DNA of 44,019 bases from Patescibacteria group bacterium (GCA_040384865.1 JAZKIM010000008.1:3301-47319), one strand, 5' to 3'. Shown: positions 26,662-37,508, numbered from the stretch's first letter. Notes: generated by a model from the sequence alone, not told the origin. A program made the numbers and translations.

Positions 26662-28431
26662 GTGAACAACGACATACCTTCACCTTCTTTCTTTGCGCGT
26701 TTACAGCACAATATAAGATCATTGGGAACGACTGAAAAAACCGTATTCGGTTTCTTCGGAGTACTCTTCATTTTTAGTGCATTTTACATAGTCAACTCAT
26801 ATAGTGAGAAATACATGACAGTAGTACCTGTCAATGGTGGGACAATAGAAGAAGGGGTTATCGGCTACGCTACATCCATAAACCCTGTTTTGGCCTACAC
26901 CGACGCAGACAAAGATGTTTCAGCATTGGTATATTCTGGTCTTCTTCGAGCAACTGCAAACGGCTTACAGCCCGATCTTGCAAAATCAGTGACTCTTTCA
27001 GATGATGGCAAAACGTACGACATTATCATTCGAGACAATGCAACCTTTCACGACGGAACAGCTGTCACTGCAGACGATGTCCTTTTCACTATTGAAAAGA
27101 TCAATGACCCTGTAATAAACAGCCCGAAGGCTGCAAGCTGGAGCGGTGTAACACTAGAAAAAGTGAGCGAGAAGGAAGTGCGATTCACCATCAAGACGCA
27201 GTACGCAGGATTCAGTGAGAATCTCACCCTAGGCATCCTTCCAAAGCATCTATGGAACGACGTTGAACCTAATCTATTTTCTCACAGTACATACAATCAA
27301 GAGCCGATTGGTTCTGGACCATACAGGGTTAAAAGCAGTGGTAAAAACAGTTCAGGTCTTTATGAATATTACGACCTTGTTCCCTTCGATGATTATGTAC
27401 TCGGCCGTCCTCATATCGGCCACCTAATTATTAGATTTTTCAATAACGAAGAATCGGCCGTTAATGCCTACAAGGGTGGCGATATCAATACGATCGGAGG
27501 TATCTCTCCTGAATCTGCACAGCGTCTTGCCCTTGCTGATGGCACCGTCAAGCGCATTCCTCTCCCGCGCACCTTTGCTATATTCTTCAACGAGAGCAAT
27601 GCACCTGTACTTTTGAACACAGAGGTGCGACAGGCACTTAACATAACTGTTGATCGTAATGCTCTGATTCAAGATATTCTTTATGGATTTGGTTTGGCGG
27701 CAACAGGACCAATTCCTGCTGGGTTCGTCGGTGAAGATTTCATACCCGCAACAAATTCTTCAGCGACTTCAACCTCCAACACTTCACTTTCAACAAACAT
27801 TGAAAAAGCAAAGGCACTACTCGCAAACAAAGGATGGAAAGCTAACACCGACGGGGTCTTGGAAAAAGTAACAAAATCTGGTACAAAGAGTACAACTGAA
27901 ATTTTAAAGTTCAGTATCTCCACCTCGAACGTCCCTGAACTAAAGCGAACAGCGGAACTTGTGGCGGCGCAATGGAAAGCAATCGGCGCAGATGTATCTC
28001 TTGAAATATTCGAATCGTCTGATTTAAACCAAAAAATCATTCGTACTCGTAAATACGACACACTCCTTTTTGGAACAGCCATCGGACGAGACCTTGATCT
28101 TTATCCATTCTGGCACTCATCACAAAGAAACTATCCCGGCTTGAACATTGCCCTCTATACCAATCTCAAGGCGGATAAGTTTCTTGAGCAAGCTCGCAGT
28201 AATGCTTCAAGTACCATTCGGGATATTGCCTATCAGGGGTTTGAGAAAGAAGTTGCCACGGACATTCCGGCAGTCTTCCTTTATTCACCTCAATATATCT
28301 ACATCGTACCCGAGGAATTACAGAATGTTTTAATATCAAACATCACCTCGCCTTCTGAAAGATTTATGAACGTCAATCAGTGGTATGTGGAGACAGAAAA
28401 GATATGGAATATTTTTGTAAGACAGAAATAG
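26662..28431 (+). CDS. ABC transporter substrate-binding protein, family 5 (peptide/nickel)
   Basis: INPVL, PDLA, FHDGTAVTADDVLFT, PIGSGPY, VRQAL. Confidence 0.9.
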   Translation: MNNDIPSPSFFARLQHNIRSLGTTEKTVFGFFGVLFIFSAFYIVNSYSEKYMTVVPVNGGTIEEGVIGYATSINPVLAYTDADKDVSALVYSGLLRATANGLQPDLAKSVTLSDDGKTYDIIIRDNATFHDGTAVTADDVLFTIEKINDPVINSPKAASWSGVTLEKVSEKEVRFTIKTQYAGFSENLTLGILPKHLWNDVEPNLFSHSTYNQEPIGSGPYRVKSSGKNSSGLYEYYDLVPFDDYVLGRPHIGHLIIRFFNNEESAVNAYKGGDINTIGGISPESAQRLALADGTVKRIPLPRTFAIFFNESNAPVLLNTEVRQALNITVDRNALIQDILYGFGLAATGPIPAGFVGEDFIPATNSSATSTSNTSLSTNIEKAKALLANKGWKANTDGVLEKVTKSGTKSTTEILKFSISTSNVPELKRTAELVAAQWKAIGADVSLEIFESSDLNQKIIRTRKYDTLLFGTAIGRDLDLYPFWHSSQRNYPGLNIALYTNLKADKFLEQARSNASSTIRDIAYQGFEKEVATDIPAVFLYSPQYIYIVPEELQNVLISNITSPSERFMNVNQWYVETEKIWNIFVRQK

Positions 28432-28484
28432 AAAATAAATTTACGTATTAAAAAAAAATTAAAAATTAACATTATTACATCAAC

Positions 28485-30482
28485 ATGAAAAACATCAGAA
28501 CATTCAATGATCGTCCTCAAAGACCGCTTTCAAGCGCATCAGCAGCACAGCACATCGCTCATACCGACGCCATGGCCGAGTTCAAAGGCGAAACTACACC
28601 AATGACGACTACCCCACAGGTACAACACCACCCGCAAGCCCCACACACCCCAGGAGGAAGCAATAACAATACCCGTCGGCCTCAGAGTCGCGGTGGTGTT
28701 CGCGGTATGAGACGACCCTCTCGTCCACCTCAGCGAGGCAGCGCCACTTCTGTGCGCCGACCCGGTCAACAGCAATCTGACGAAGTCTCCATCATTCCCC
28801 CTGTCGGCGAAAGTATCCGAATTGTTCCTCTTGGAGGCGTGGAGGAAGTGGGTATGAACATGACCGTCGTTGAAATCGGTGAAGATATTATCATCATCGA
28901 TGCGGGATTTAAATTCAAAGATAGCGATACCCCTGGCATCGACTATATTTTACCAAACACAAAATATCTTGAAGAAAGACGACACAAGATCCGAGCGATT
29001 TTCATTACACACGGTCACCTCGACCATATTGGCGCACTTCCATTCATCATGGACCGTATAGGTAACCCACCTCTATATACAAGAAACCTTACTTCACTCA
29101 TGTTGAAGAAGCGACAAGCAGAATTTCCACACCTAGCTCCGATCGACTATCGTATCATTGAAGGTAATGAACAGATCAAAGTTGGAAACATTTCAGTTCG
29201 ATTCTTCGGTGTAACGCATAGTATTCCTGACTGTATGGGTGTAGCTATCAATACCCCGTACGGATATATCGTCAACCCTGGAGACTTCAAACTTACTCAC
29301 GTAGACGGAAAGGTTAATCTCGAGGAAGAAGAGGCATATGGCGTCTTCGATAAAGAAAAGGTACTACTTCTCATGGCCGACTCTACAAATATTGAAAACC
29401 CCGGCTTTTCTACACCGGAACATATCGTTCATGAAAACCTCGAAGAAATCGTCAAGAGCATCAAGGGTCGTCTCATCATGGCGATGTTCGCATCACATGT
29501 TCATCGTGTGGCACATATTGTTCGCGTCTGCGAAAAATATGGCAAAAAACTAGTCATTGAAGGACGGAGCATGAAGAACAATATCGATATGATCATCTTC
29601 GCTGGCATATTGAAAGTTGGAAAAGATGTCATCATCCGACCTGAAGATATTGGTAACTATCCCCCTGATCGCGTGGTGGTGCTGGCCACAGGAGCTCAGG
29701 GTGAAGATTTCTCATTCCTTGACCGATTAGTTAGCAATAGTTACAAACACTTTCAACTTAATGACCGAGACACTGTCCTTCTTTCGTCTTCAATTATTCC
29801 TGGAAATGAAAAATCAGTTCAACGCTTGAAAGACGGTATTGCACGAAGAGGAGCAAGCATTATGCATTATCGAACATCAGATGTTTATATTCACTCAACA
29901 GGTCACGGCAACAGAGGTGAGATCGAGTGGCTTCACCGAAAACTTAAGCCCGCCTTCTTCATCCCAGTTCACGGACACCACTATATGCTCAAGCTTCACG
30001 CAGAACTTGCTGTTCAGCTTGGCTTAGCAAAGGATCACGTGATCATTCCTGACGACGGATCTATCATTGAGATCGTAGAGGGAGGAACAAAGATGGTCCG
30101 ACTTCCTGTAAAGGCTCCTGACAACATGGTCATGGTAGATGGCTTCACCATTGGAGAAGTACAAGATGTCGTTATCCGCGATCGACAAATATTGTCTCAG
30201 GATGGTATTTATATGGTTGTTGCCCTCATCAACGCTTCCACAGGCAAGTTAAAGAAATCTCCAGACATCATCTCTCGAGGTTCAGTATATCTTCGAGAAT
30301 CACAAGAGCTCCTTAGAGATATCAGGTTCCTCGTCAAAAATACCGTAGAGAGAACAACAGAAAGCATGCACCCTATTAACATCGACATTGTGAAAGATGC
30401 GGTATCAGAGTCTCTCAGTAAGTTCATCTTGCAGCAAACAGCAAAGAGACCAATCATCATTCCGGTGATGATTTGTGTGTAA
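28485..30482 (+). CDS. rnj: Ribonuclease J
   Basis: PLGGVEEVGMNM, THGHLDHIGA, HSIPD, DSTN, HSTGH, PVHG. Confidence 0.96.
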   Translation: MKNIRTFNDRPQRPLSSASAAQHIAHTDAMAEFKGETTPMTTTPQVQHHPQAPHTPGGSNNNTRRPQSRGGVRGMRRPSRPPQRGSATSVRRPGQQQSDEVSIIPPVGESIRIVPLGGVEEVGMNMTVVEIGEDIIIIDAGFKFKDSDTPGIDYILPNTKYLEERRHKIRAIFITHGHLDHIGALPFIMDRIGNPPLYTRNLTSLMLKKRQAEFPHLAPIDYRIIEGNEQIKVGNISVRFFGVTHSIPDCMGVAINTPYGYIVNPGDFKLTHVDGKVNLEEEEAYGVFDKEKVLLLMADSTNIENPGFSTPEHIVHENLEEIVKSIKGRLIMAMFASHVHRVAHIVRVCEKYGKKLVIEGRSMKNNIDMIIFAGILKVGKDVIIRPEDIGNYPPDRVVVLATGAQGEDFSFLDRLVSNSYKHFQLNDRDTVLLSSSIIPGNEKSVQRLKDGIARRGASIMHYRTSDVYIHSTGHGNRGEIEWLHRKLKPAFFIPVHGHHYMLKLHAELAVQLGLAKDHVIIPDDGSIIEIVEGGTKMVRLPVKAPDNMVMVDGFTIGEVQDVVIRDRQILSQDGIYMVVALINASTGKLKKSPDIISRGSVYLRESQELLRDIRFLVKNTVERTTESMHPINIDIVKDAVSESLSKFILQQTAKRPIIIPVMICV

Positions 30483-30636
30483 AAAACTCGACTCTGTAGG
30501 TACTAATAGACAATCTTTGAACCATAAGTTTAGGTGGGTATCTTTTCCCTACCATTTTATCTACAAGTAGGTATACCCCTATCCTATGCAAAAGAGGATT
30601 CTGTCTGACCGTTAAAGCTATGTTAAAATGTATCTC

Positions 30637-31848
30637 ATGGAAAATACCCTCAATAAATTACGTGGTGTTAAAGTCTTTCTTACCCTTTTTGTCGCTACCT
30701 TACTTTTTTCCTTCAGTTCATATTTCATATACTTCATAAACTCAACCTATATTGAAACCCATGTCGGTACTGAAAATGTAAGCTACATCTTTGCGTTGGG
30801 AGCATTACTCAATGTCTTAATTTATTCCATTGCACCGACTCTTCTGCGAAGATTTGGAAATTTCAAACTAACCATTGCACTTACCTCGGCCACTGGCCTT
30901 CTTCTTCTTGGGTTAGCTTGGATCAGCTGGACCCCAGCAGTACTCCTCATCTTCATAGCTTGCCAGGGTATTGCTCCTGTCATCGTTTACTGCATCGATA
31001 TATTTCTGGAGAAATATACTCCCCCTGAAGAAATGGGTAGTATTCGCGGCATATACCTTACAATGGTCACCATTCCCGCAATTGTCACGCCGTTTATCGT
31101 CGGCCTAATTCTCAGTCGTCCAGACTATTGGAAACTTTATCTTATTGCTGCTGTTTTTTTAGTGCCTTTTATTATCATAATGGTATCAAACTTCCGAAAG
31201 TTCGAGGATCCATATTACCCTCGATTACACATTAAAGAAGTACTTCTTAAGTTCTATCACCATCGAAATATTTTTGACGTATTCGTCGACAATTTCCTCT
31301 TAAACCTCTTCTACTGCTGGATGGTCATATTCATGCCTCTCTATCTTCGCGAGACCATAGGTTTTGCCTGGTCAGAGATTGGGCTCTTATTCAGCATCAT
31401 GTTGTTGCCATTCCTGCTTTTGCAAATTCCTGTCGGCCGCCTAGCAGATGCACATCGAGACGAAAAGTACCTACTCATATTCGGCTTTTTGATAATTGCA
31501 GGAACGAGCATGATCATTCCCTTCATCCAGGAAAGAAGTTTTGCACTATGGGCAGCAATACTCTTTACTAGCCGTATTGGTGCAAGTATTGTGGAGGTGG
31601 CAAGTGAAAGCTTTTTTTTCAAACACGTGCACGCCAACAGTACCGGATTCATTAGTCTCTACAGACTTACTAGATCACTACCTTTCATAGTCACTCCACT
31701 AGTCAGCCTCCTACTTATTTTCATTGATTTACGATTCACTTTCATCATCCTTGGCCTCATCATGCTCTTGGGTATCCGCTATGCCATAAAGATACGGCCA
31801 GACGGTCTTCCAGGCCACGAAAAAGAGAGTATCTCACCGTTTGCGTAG
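30637..31848 (+). CDS. MFS transporter
   Basis: About 12 TM helices, LLRRFG and GRLAD MFS loops. Confidence 0.85.
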   Translation: MENTLNKLRGVKVFLTLFVATLLFSFSSYFIYFINSTYIETHVGTENVSYIFALGALLNVLIYSIAPTLLRRFGNFKLTIALTSATGLLLLGLAWISWTPAVLLIFIACQGIAPVIVYCIDIFLEKYTPPEEMGSIRGIYLTMVTIPAIVTPFIVGLILSRPDYWKLYLIAAVFLVPFIIIMVSNFRKFEDPYYPRLHIKEVLLKFYHHRNIFDVFVDNFLLNLFYCWMVIFMPLYLRETIGFAWSEIGLLFSIMLLPFLLLQIPVGRLADAHRDEKYLLIFGFLIIAGTSMIIPFIQERSFALWAAILFTSRIGASIVEVASESFFFKHVHANSTGFISLYRLTRSLPFIVTPLVSLLLIFIDLRFTFIILGLIMLLGIRYAIKIRPDGLPGHEKESISPFA

Positions 31849-31857
31849 AGCTTTAAT

Positions 31858-32784
31858 TTACACGACCAAAGCAAACCAAAGAATAATTGCTGCGCCGATA
31901 GCAATGACTTTTAAGTAGAAATTGTGAAGGAGCATATATTTCCAGATATTTGGTGTGTCCATATCATCTTCTCCATTTTCTTTAAGAAATTTCTTAATGA
32001 CATCATCGAGTTCACCAGCATTCTGAAGTAAACGGATCTTTCCACCTTCAGAAACTGAGATGGTACCTCGTTCTTCTGAAACAACCACAGCAAGCGAGTC
32101 CGTTCTTTCACTAATACCGATAGCTGCTCGATGACGAGTTCCCATTGTGGCGAAGCCTTTGAAATCTTCAGCTAACGGAAGATGGACGCCGAATCGCTTG
32201 ATGCGCTTACCTTCGATTATCATAGCGCCATCGTGTCCTGGCGTAGTATGGTCGAAAATACTGAGGATGAGTGGTGAGGAAATCTTTCCATCAAGGGCAA
32301 AACCGCCCTCAATGGTATCGTCGAGCGGATAGTCTCCGGAAAGGACAATGAGCGCACCCATCTTTAGTTTTGCCATATCTTGAACAGCATGGACAATGAT
32401 GCCAGAAATTTCCGAAGAAAGATTAGCAGCGGTCCTACTTAATGTCTGGCGAGAGAGTGTAAACCATCGAAAGAACCTTCTAATCTCGCGCTGGAATACA
32501 ATGACGAAAATGACGAGGAAGAAAGTAAGAATTGGCTGAAAAAGACGAATAGTTAGGCTAAGGTTGAACAGCTGGGCAAAATAGCTGACCACAAGAAGAA
32601 CGGCTATTGTATTGAAAATAAAGTAACTTTGTGTTTGCTTGATGAATACCAAGAGGACGTATATGAAGAAGGCTGCAATGACAATATCAAATGCAGAAGA
32701 CCAGGTGAATGTATAAAAAGCAGCCGGAATTGAATTGGCAATATCTATAAATGAAACTTTTGCCATGAGATTGTAAGTATTCAT
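31858..32784 (-). CDS. cdaA: Diadenylate cyclase CdaA (DAC domain)
   Basis: 3 N-terminal TMs, FQREIRR, HDGA, GTRHRAA, VSEERG. Confidence 0.92.
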   Translation of the reverse strand: MNTYNLMAKVSFIDIANSIPAAFYTFTWSSAFDIVIAAFFIYVLLVFIKQTQSYFIFNTIAVLLVVSYFAQLFNLSLTIRLFQPILTFFLVIFVIVFQREIRRFFRWFTLSRQTLSRTAANLSSEISGIIVHAVQDMAKLKMGALIVLSGDYPLDDTIEGGFALDGKISSPLILSIFDHTTPGHDGAMIIEGKRIKRFGVHLPLAEDFKGFATMGTRHRAAIGISERTDSLAVVVSEERGTISVSEGGKIRLLQNAGELDDVIKKFLKENGEDDMDTPNIWKYMLLHNFYLKVIAIGAAIILWFALVV

Positions 32785-32799
32785 TAGTTCTGTAGTTAA

Positions 32800-33792
32800 T
32801 TAATTTTGTAATCCGGCGCAGGTGTTAAATGCTTGCACTGATTGATTATAATGCTCGACCGCAGTCTTAAATGCATCAAGTCGACGATTATATTCCTGTG
32901 CTAAGTTATTATACTGCTGAACATTACTTTCGTAAGATGGGTCGTCAGAGCTTGAACTGTCTATGATCTTCTTCAAATCATTAATCTGTTGTTCTCGTGT
33001 ACGAAGATCAGCCTGAGCAGAATCAATACTCGACTTAAGCTGAGCATCAATTGCAGGGCAAGCTGTTAATGGTTTTCCAAAATGTTGGACAGCGAGCCAT
33101 TGCTGTTTTCCCTCATATACACCACGCCCAACAGCTACACCTATTTCCTGATATCGTACATCAAGAATATTCGCTCGATGCCCTGGGCTATTCATCCAAG
33201 CAAGAATGACATTGGCATCTCCTCCGAAATTTCCCAAGGCAAGATTTTCCCCTACGACAATATAGGTGTACCCGGCCTTATTAACTAAATCGGACACACT
33301 AGTACCCGAAGGTGAGACATGTTCGAAATATTGATTACTAAACATGTCTTCCAACTTCGCTTCAGCAGATTTATCCAGTTTAACATTATGAGAAAGCGTC
33401 GTAATACCCTTCTTTGTACGCTCGGCATTTGTCCTATCAATAATACCCTGAACAGTTAACGCCGAATTATTATACGAAGCAATATCTGATTTTACTGGTG
33501 GCAGCTTATCAACCGAAGTTACAACAACAGCTGAAGTCGAAGTTGCCCTTACAGAGTTTGAAGAGGTAGCAGAAGAATTAAGACCTTGTGGATACGGTCC
33601 GTTATTCATCCCTGGTAAGGATGAATATCCTGTAATACTACTTGTAGCCGTTGCTAGTCGCTGAAAGAAAGCCTTTGTCGGCTCAATAATAGAGTGACTT
33701 ATATTGTAGCCCGTGTTCTGTACAGGCACTCGAAACGTAAAAAGTAGCCCGAAGAATATGAGCAATATTACAATAGGGCGAATGAATGCCAT
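32800..33792 (-). CDS. CAP/SCP domain secreted protein with coiled-coil tail
   Basis: TNAER, YFEH, GENLA, WMNSPGHRANIL, VQHFG. Confidence 0.9.
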   Translation of the reverse strand: MAFIRPIVILLIFFGLLFTFRVPVQNTGYNISHSIIEPTKAFFQRLATATSSITGYSSLPGMNNGPYPQGLNSSATSSNSVRATSTSAVVVTSVDKLPPVKSDIASYNNSALTVQGIIDRTNAERTKKGITTLSHNVKLDKSAEAKLEDMFSNQYFEHVSPSGTSVSDLVNKAGYTYIVVGENLALGNFGGDANVILAWMNSPGHRANILDVRYQEIGVAVGRGVYEGKQQWLAVQHFGKPLTACPAIDAQLKSSIDSAQADLRTREQQINDLKKIIDSSSSDDPSYESNVQQYNNLAQEYNRRLDAFKTAVEHYNQSVQAFNTCAGLQN

Positions 33793-33832
33793 ACCCGCAT
33801 TGTACGCCAGAAGAGCCCTTGTTTCAACACTT

Positions 33833-34633
33833 TTAAGATATCAGTTTTGTCTCGATACACATAAAAAGAGGGATCTCTTTTCGAGCCTTGTCCTCCGCAT
33901 TCGCGCGTGGGCCAGGTTTACTTACCTTGTGAGATATCCATTCTTCCAGACGAGTAACGGCAAAATTGTTTTTTGACAACAACTTAACAAATACCTGAAG
34001 CGGTCGGTGGAAAGAAATGGTAAATGTCTTCTTGTCAGCACCTGGATGCATATCAATCTTGTTCTTCGATTCAGAAAGATATTTTGTAACCAACCTGCCC
34101 TGTGTCTTTGTTTTTTCATCATATGACCAATCCGAAGACTGAGGTACTCGAAAAGCAGGGTGATTGAGGACCATGACAAAGCGTCCACCAGGCTTAAGAA
34201 CTCGTTTACATTCAGCGAAGGTCTGATCAATTTCGGCAATATTTTGGATAGCAAGAACACAGATAACAGTATCGAACATCGTGTTCGCAAATGGCAACTT
34301 ATGTGCAGGGGCGACACTAAAATCAATATCACGGAGCCGCGCCCGCGCTTTCGTCACCAATTCCGAAGAGATGTCCACCCCTGTCACCTTCGCTCCAACA
34401 TCAGCAAACTTTCCGGAAAAAAATCCCTGACCACAGGCAAGATCGAGAATTCGTTCACCTTTTCTCGGCGATATGATACGCATGAGATTCGGCAATACAA
34501 CCTTTTCTTGATATGAATCGGGATTTGAGAGATAGTCGTCATACCAAGATGCTACATTACCCCAAGAGGTAACGGGTTGGGCTGCACCTTTTGGTTTTGG
34601 AGTACCCTTAGCACTCTCAGACTTACCAATCAT
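33833..34633 (-). CDS. Class I SAM-dependent methyltransferase
   Basis: ILDLACGQG, GVDIS, RVLKPGG. Confidence 0.9.
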   Translation of the reverse strand: MIGKSESAKGTPKPKGAAQPVTSWGNVASWYDDYLSNPDSYQEKVVLPNLMRIISPRKGERILDLACGQGFFSGKFADVGAKVTGVDISSELVTKARARLRDIDFSVAPAHKLPFANTMFDTVICVLAIQNIAEIDQTFAECKRVLKPGGRFVMVLNHPAFRVPQSSDWSYDEKTKTQGRLVTKYLSESKNKIDMHPGADKKTFTISFHRPLQVFVKLLSKNNFAVTRLEEWISHKVSKPGPRANAEDKARKEIPLFMCIETKLIS

Positions 34634-34634
34634 A

Positions 34635-35036
34635 TTACTTCGCGGATTTCTTTGCATTTGTCTTTTTCTTCGCTACCGGCTTGGTCTTTACTTCTAATTC
34701 CTTTCGGATGTTCGCCCAATGACCCTTGAGCTCCTTTGCAATACTAGCCAATTCAGCCGCGTCAACACTTTTAACAGTTTCGTACCGCTTAAGAACAGCG
34801 TCAACCGTCTTATGATAAGCGTCTTCATTAACCTCCTTAAGGTTCTCAAGCTTTTCGAGGACTTCACCCTTTGCTTTCAATGACCAACCTCGGACTTTCT
34901 TCTGCATTTTCTTACCGTCTTTTGTGCCGTAAAGAAAATAGGCACCTGCTGCTGCAGCTGCCGCTATACCAATAATACCTGTCACAACTATCCCTTGATC
35001 ACCTTTTCCCTTAGAGCTTCGATTTGATTTTGCCAT
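34635..35036 (-). CDS. Hypothetical YtxH-like membrane-anchored protein
   Basis: AAAAAAGAYFLY anchor and Lys-rich helix. Confidence 0.7.
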   Translation of the reverse strand: MAKSNRSSKGKGDQGIVVTGIIGIAAAAAAGAYFLYGTKDGKKMQKKVRGWSLKAKGEVLEKLENLKEVNEDAYHKTVDAVLKRYETVKSVDAAELASIAKELKGHWANIRKELEVKTKPVAKKKTNAKKSAK

Positions 35037-35050
35037 ATATTTGATATTAA

Positions 35051-35350
35051 TTATTTTGACTGCTTATCTGACATGCGGCGACGCCGGGTACCTACCTTGC
35101 CAATGGAGAACGCTGCAAGCGTGCGGAATATAGTTCCAAACTTTAATCCTCTCTCCTTGATCTGTCCACGCAACTGAGCTATGTCTTCACTTACATGATC
35201 GCTTTCTGACCTTATCTTGTCTACTACATAGCGCACACTGCGGAGGATGTGAATTACATAGTACAGTGCCACCAGGACAACAATTGCAAAAAATACTACT
35301 ACAATACTGGTAATGAGGAAGAAGATGTCGGCATGGATCAAGGTTTCCAT
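35051..35350 (-). CDS. Hypothetical single-TM protein
   Basis: ADIFFLITS TM plus short coiled coil; apparently co-transcribed with the next gene. Confidence 0.75.
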   Translation of the reverse strand: METLIHADIFFLITSIVVVFFAIVVLVALYYVIHILRSVRYVVDKIRSESDHVSEDIAQLRGQIKERGLKFGTIFRTLAAFSIGKVGTRRRRMSDKQSK

Positions 35351-35385
35351 TAGCTGATTATACTACACCTATTTGTGCCAGAAAA

Positions 35386-36126
35386 CTATATATTGATTAT
35401 CCTAGCAAAAGAAGGCCCTTTTATTGGAGGCGGCGTGCCGTGTTTGTTATTCTTTGTATCCCCCTTTACAGCAAGCAACATAACAAAGATGATGGCCATC
35501 ATCACCTGAAGTGCCACTACCCCGTACATGGATATAACACCATTCATAGGGTTAACAAAGAATACAAGAAATGCAAAAGCTATTCCTCCTGGCAATGACA
35601 AGTCATGGAGACGACGAGCAATCAAAGACAAGAGAATTATACTAATAGGGCTTAATATAAGAGGTATTAAAAGAAGCCAAATTCCATTATGCTCCGGTAA
35701 AATAATTTCACGCGTAAAAGAACTAAATTCTGGAATAATGAAGTTTAATATTTCCATGATAACAGAAAGAAGAATCATTCCCTCAGCAAAGAATAGTAGG
35801 AAACCCAAAATAAAATCCCTTCTGCGAAGACGCCCAGAAAATAAACCTTTCTTTTCTACCGAAGGGTACATAGTTGTGGTAGGTGTCCGTCGAATTTCTT
35901 CGATTTTAACCTTCTCTATAAGTGGCGGGAGAAATGAATTTGAAGCAACAACATCTTGATGTGTATCAGGAAACTTATTGTACACTTCCCGTACCGCTTC
36001 TTTGATTTGTTTTTCACTAAACCCCGCTCGCAACAACATCTCCGTGATTTCGCGAAGCGGTACGGAGTTTTCTAATTTCCTTTTTATGAATAGCATTAAG
36101 CCTGGTTCGAGAGATCGTCGATCCAT
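35386..36126 (-). CDS. DUF805 domain membrane protein
   Basis: FSGRLRRRDF, ARRLHD, KG...NKHG. Confidence 0.8.
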   Translation of the reverse strand: MDRRSLEPGLMLFIKRKLENSVPLREITEMLLRAGFSEKQIKEAVREVYNKFPDTHQDVVASNSFLPPLIEKVKIEEIRRTPTTTMYPSVEKKGLFSGRLRRRDFILGFLLFFAEGMILLSVIMEILNFIIPEFSSFTREIILPEHNGIWLLLIPLILSPISIILLSLIARRLHDLSLPGGIAFAFLVFFVNPMNGVISMYGVVALQVMMAIIFVMLLAVKGDTKNNKHGTPPPIKGPSFARIINI

Positions 36127-36169
36127 AATGATGTCAAGTTATACCTATACTATACACCACCTTCATAAT

Positions 36170-36688
36170 TTAATCAGCAGAAGCAATCTTTTGAATGTGA
36201 TTAAAATGTTTCTCAGATACTGGCTGAACCGAAAGTCTCATTCCCCGTTTCAATACAGGCATTCCTTCAAGGAAGGAATCTATCTTCATTTCCTGTAATG
36301 ATATTGGCTTATCAAACTTTTTAACGAATTGCATATCCACCATTATCCACAAATGATCATGCTTAGGACGTTTTCCCTCGACGATTTCCTTTTCTCTTTT
36401 TACTGCTGAGGGATCAAAGTGCTCATCTTTACTGTCTACAGAAGTTTGATCAAGACGAGGTTGAGATGCCACCTTAGCTACACCGTATATTCCTGTTGGT
36501 TCAGAGGTAGAGTGATAGAACAACACGAGATCACCGACGTGCATATCGTCTCTCATAAAATTTCTTGCTTGATAATTACGAATTCCGCTCCAGCCTGTTT
36601 TCTTATCTCTTTTCAAATCATCTATAGAGTAGCAATCTCCCTCCGACTTTATAAGCCAGTATCTTCTTTGCGGTATATCTCTTTTCAT
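36170..36688 (-). CDS. EVE domain protein
   Basis: YWLIKSE, WSGIRNYQARNFMR, FYHS, RLSVQPV. Confidence 0.93.
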   Translation of the reverse strand: MKRDIPQRRYWLIKSEGDCYSIDDLKRDKKTGWSGIRNYQARNFMRDDMHVGDLVLFYHSTSEPTGIYGVAKVASQPRLDQTSVDSKDEHFDPSAVKREKEIVEGKRPKHDHLWIMVDMQFVKKFDKPISLQEMKIDSFLEGMPVLKRGMRLSVQPVSEKHFNHIQKIASAD

Positions 36689-36689
36689 A

Positions 36690-37262
36690 TTAGTACTTTC
36701 GAATGACGGCCTTTACTATCGCAGCAACCCTCAAATATTCTTCCGGGTATATATCCTTAAAGCTCTCATTTGCAGGTCGAAGAAAAGGCTGACCTTTTTT
36801 ATCAATCTGATAATATTTCATAGTCCAACCCCCGTCAACGTCAGCAATAACGATATCTCCGATTTTAGCTTTCTCCGTCTTTTCAACTAACACAAGATCG
36901 CCCTCTTCAATATGAGCATCAATCATTGATTGGCCTTTCACTTCAAGCATATATGTTGTAGCTTTTTCATTTATTAAAAATTCATCAATACTGATGGTAT
37001 CAAGCATTGCTTCTTCAGCTGTAGTTGGTAACCCCGCCTCCACCAAACCAAGCACAGGTACTTCACCGTGTAGTTTATTAGGAATCAACTTGCCTCGACT
37101 ATCTTTGGTAAAGACACCTTCATCAACAAGTTTGTTCAAAAGCTTATAGACAGCATTCTTTGACTTAAAACCAACAAGGGACATGATCTCCTGATAACCA
37201 GGGACACGCTTGTTCTGCTTATAGAACGAAATGATTTTTTGTTTGTAAGTATCGAATAGCAT
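36690..37262 (-). CDS. lexA: LexA family repressor (wHTH + S24 peptidase)
   Basis: N-terminal wHTH, VEAG cleavage site, GQSM (Ser), WTMK (Lys), LRPAN. Confidence 0.88.
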   Translation of the reverse strand: MLFDTYKQKIISFYKQNKRVPGYQEIMSLVGFKSKNAVYKLLNKLVDEGVFTKDSRGKLIPNKLHGEVPVLGLVEAGLPTTAEEAMLDTISIDEFLINEKATTYMLEVKGQSMIDAHIEEGDLVLVEKTEKAKIGDIVIADVDGGWTMKYYQIDKKGQPFLRPANESFKDIYPEEYLRVAAIVKAVIRKY

Positions 37263-37310
37263 GCAGTATTTATCTAGTTTATCACGTCAGTGTTACAAGA
37301 CAGAGCAATA

Positions 37311-37508
37311 CTAGAAGAAAAAAGACATTAGACTGAAAGATCGACTGAATGCAGCGTCCCGCTCTACCTGTCGAAGCTGGGTTCGAAGTTCACGGTGTCG
37401 TCGCGCTTCCCGATCATATGATTCACCCCTTACAATCTTTTGATCGATACGATCGTTTACTTTGCGAAGCTCTTTGTTGATATTGTACACAAGTGTCATT
37501 TTTGTCAT
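37311..37508 (-). CDS. Small basic hypothetical protein upstream of lexA
   Basis: 65-aa ORF directly after the SOS-box promoter. Confidence 0.7.
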   Translation of the reverse strand: MTKMTLVYNINKELRKVNDRIDQKIVRGESYDREARRHRELRTQLRQVERDAAFSRSFSLMSFFF

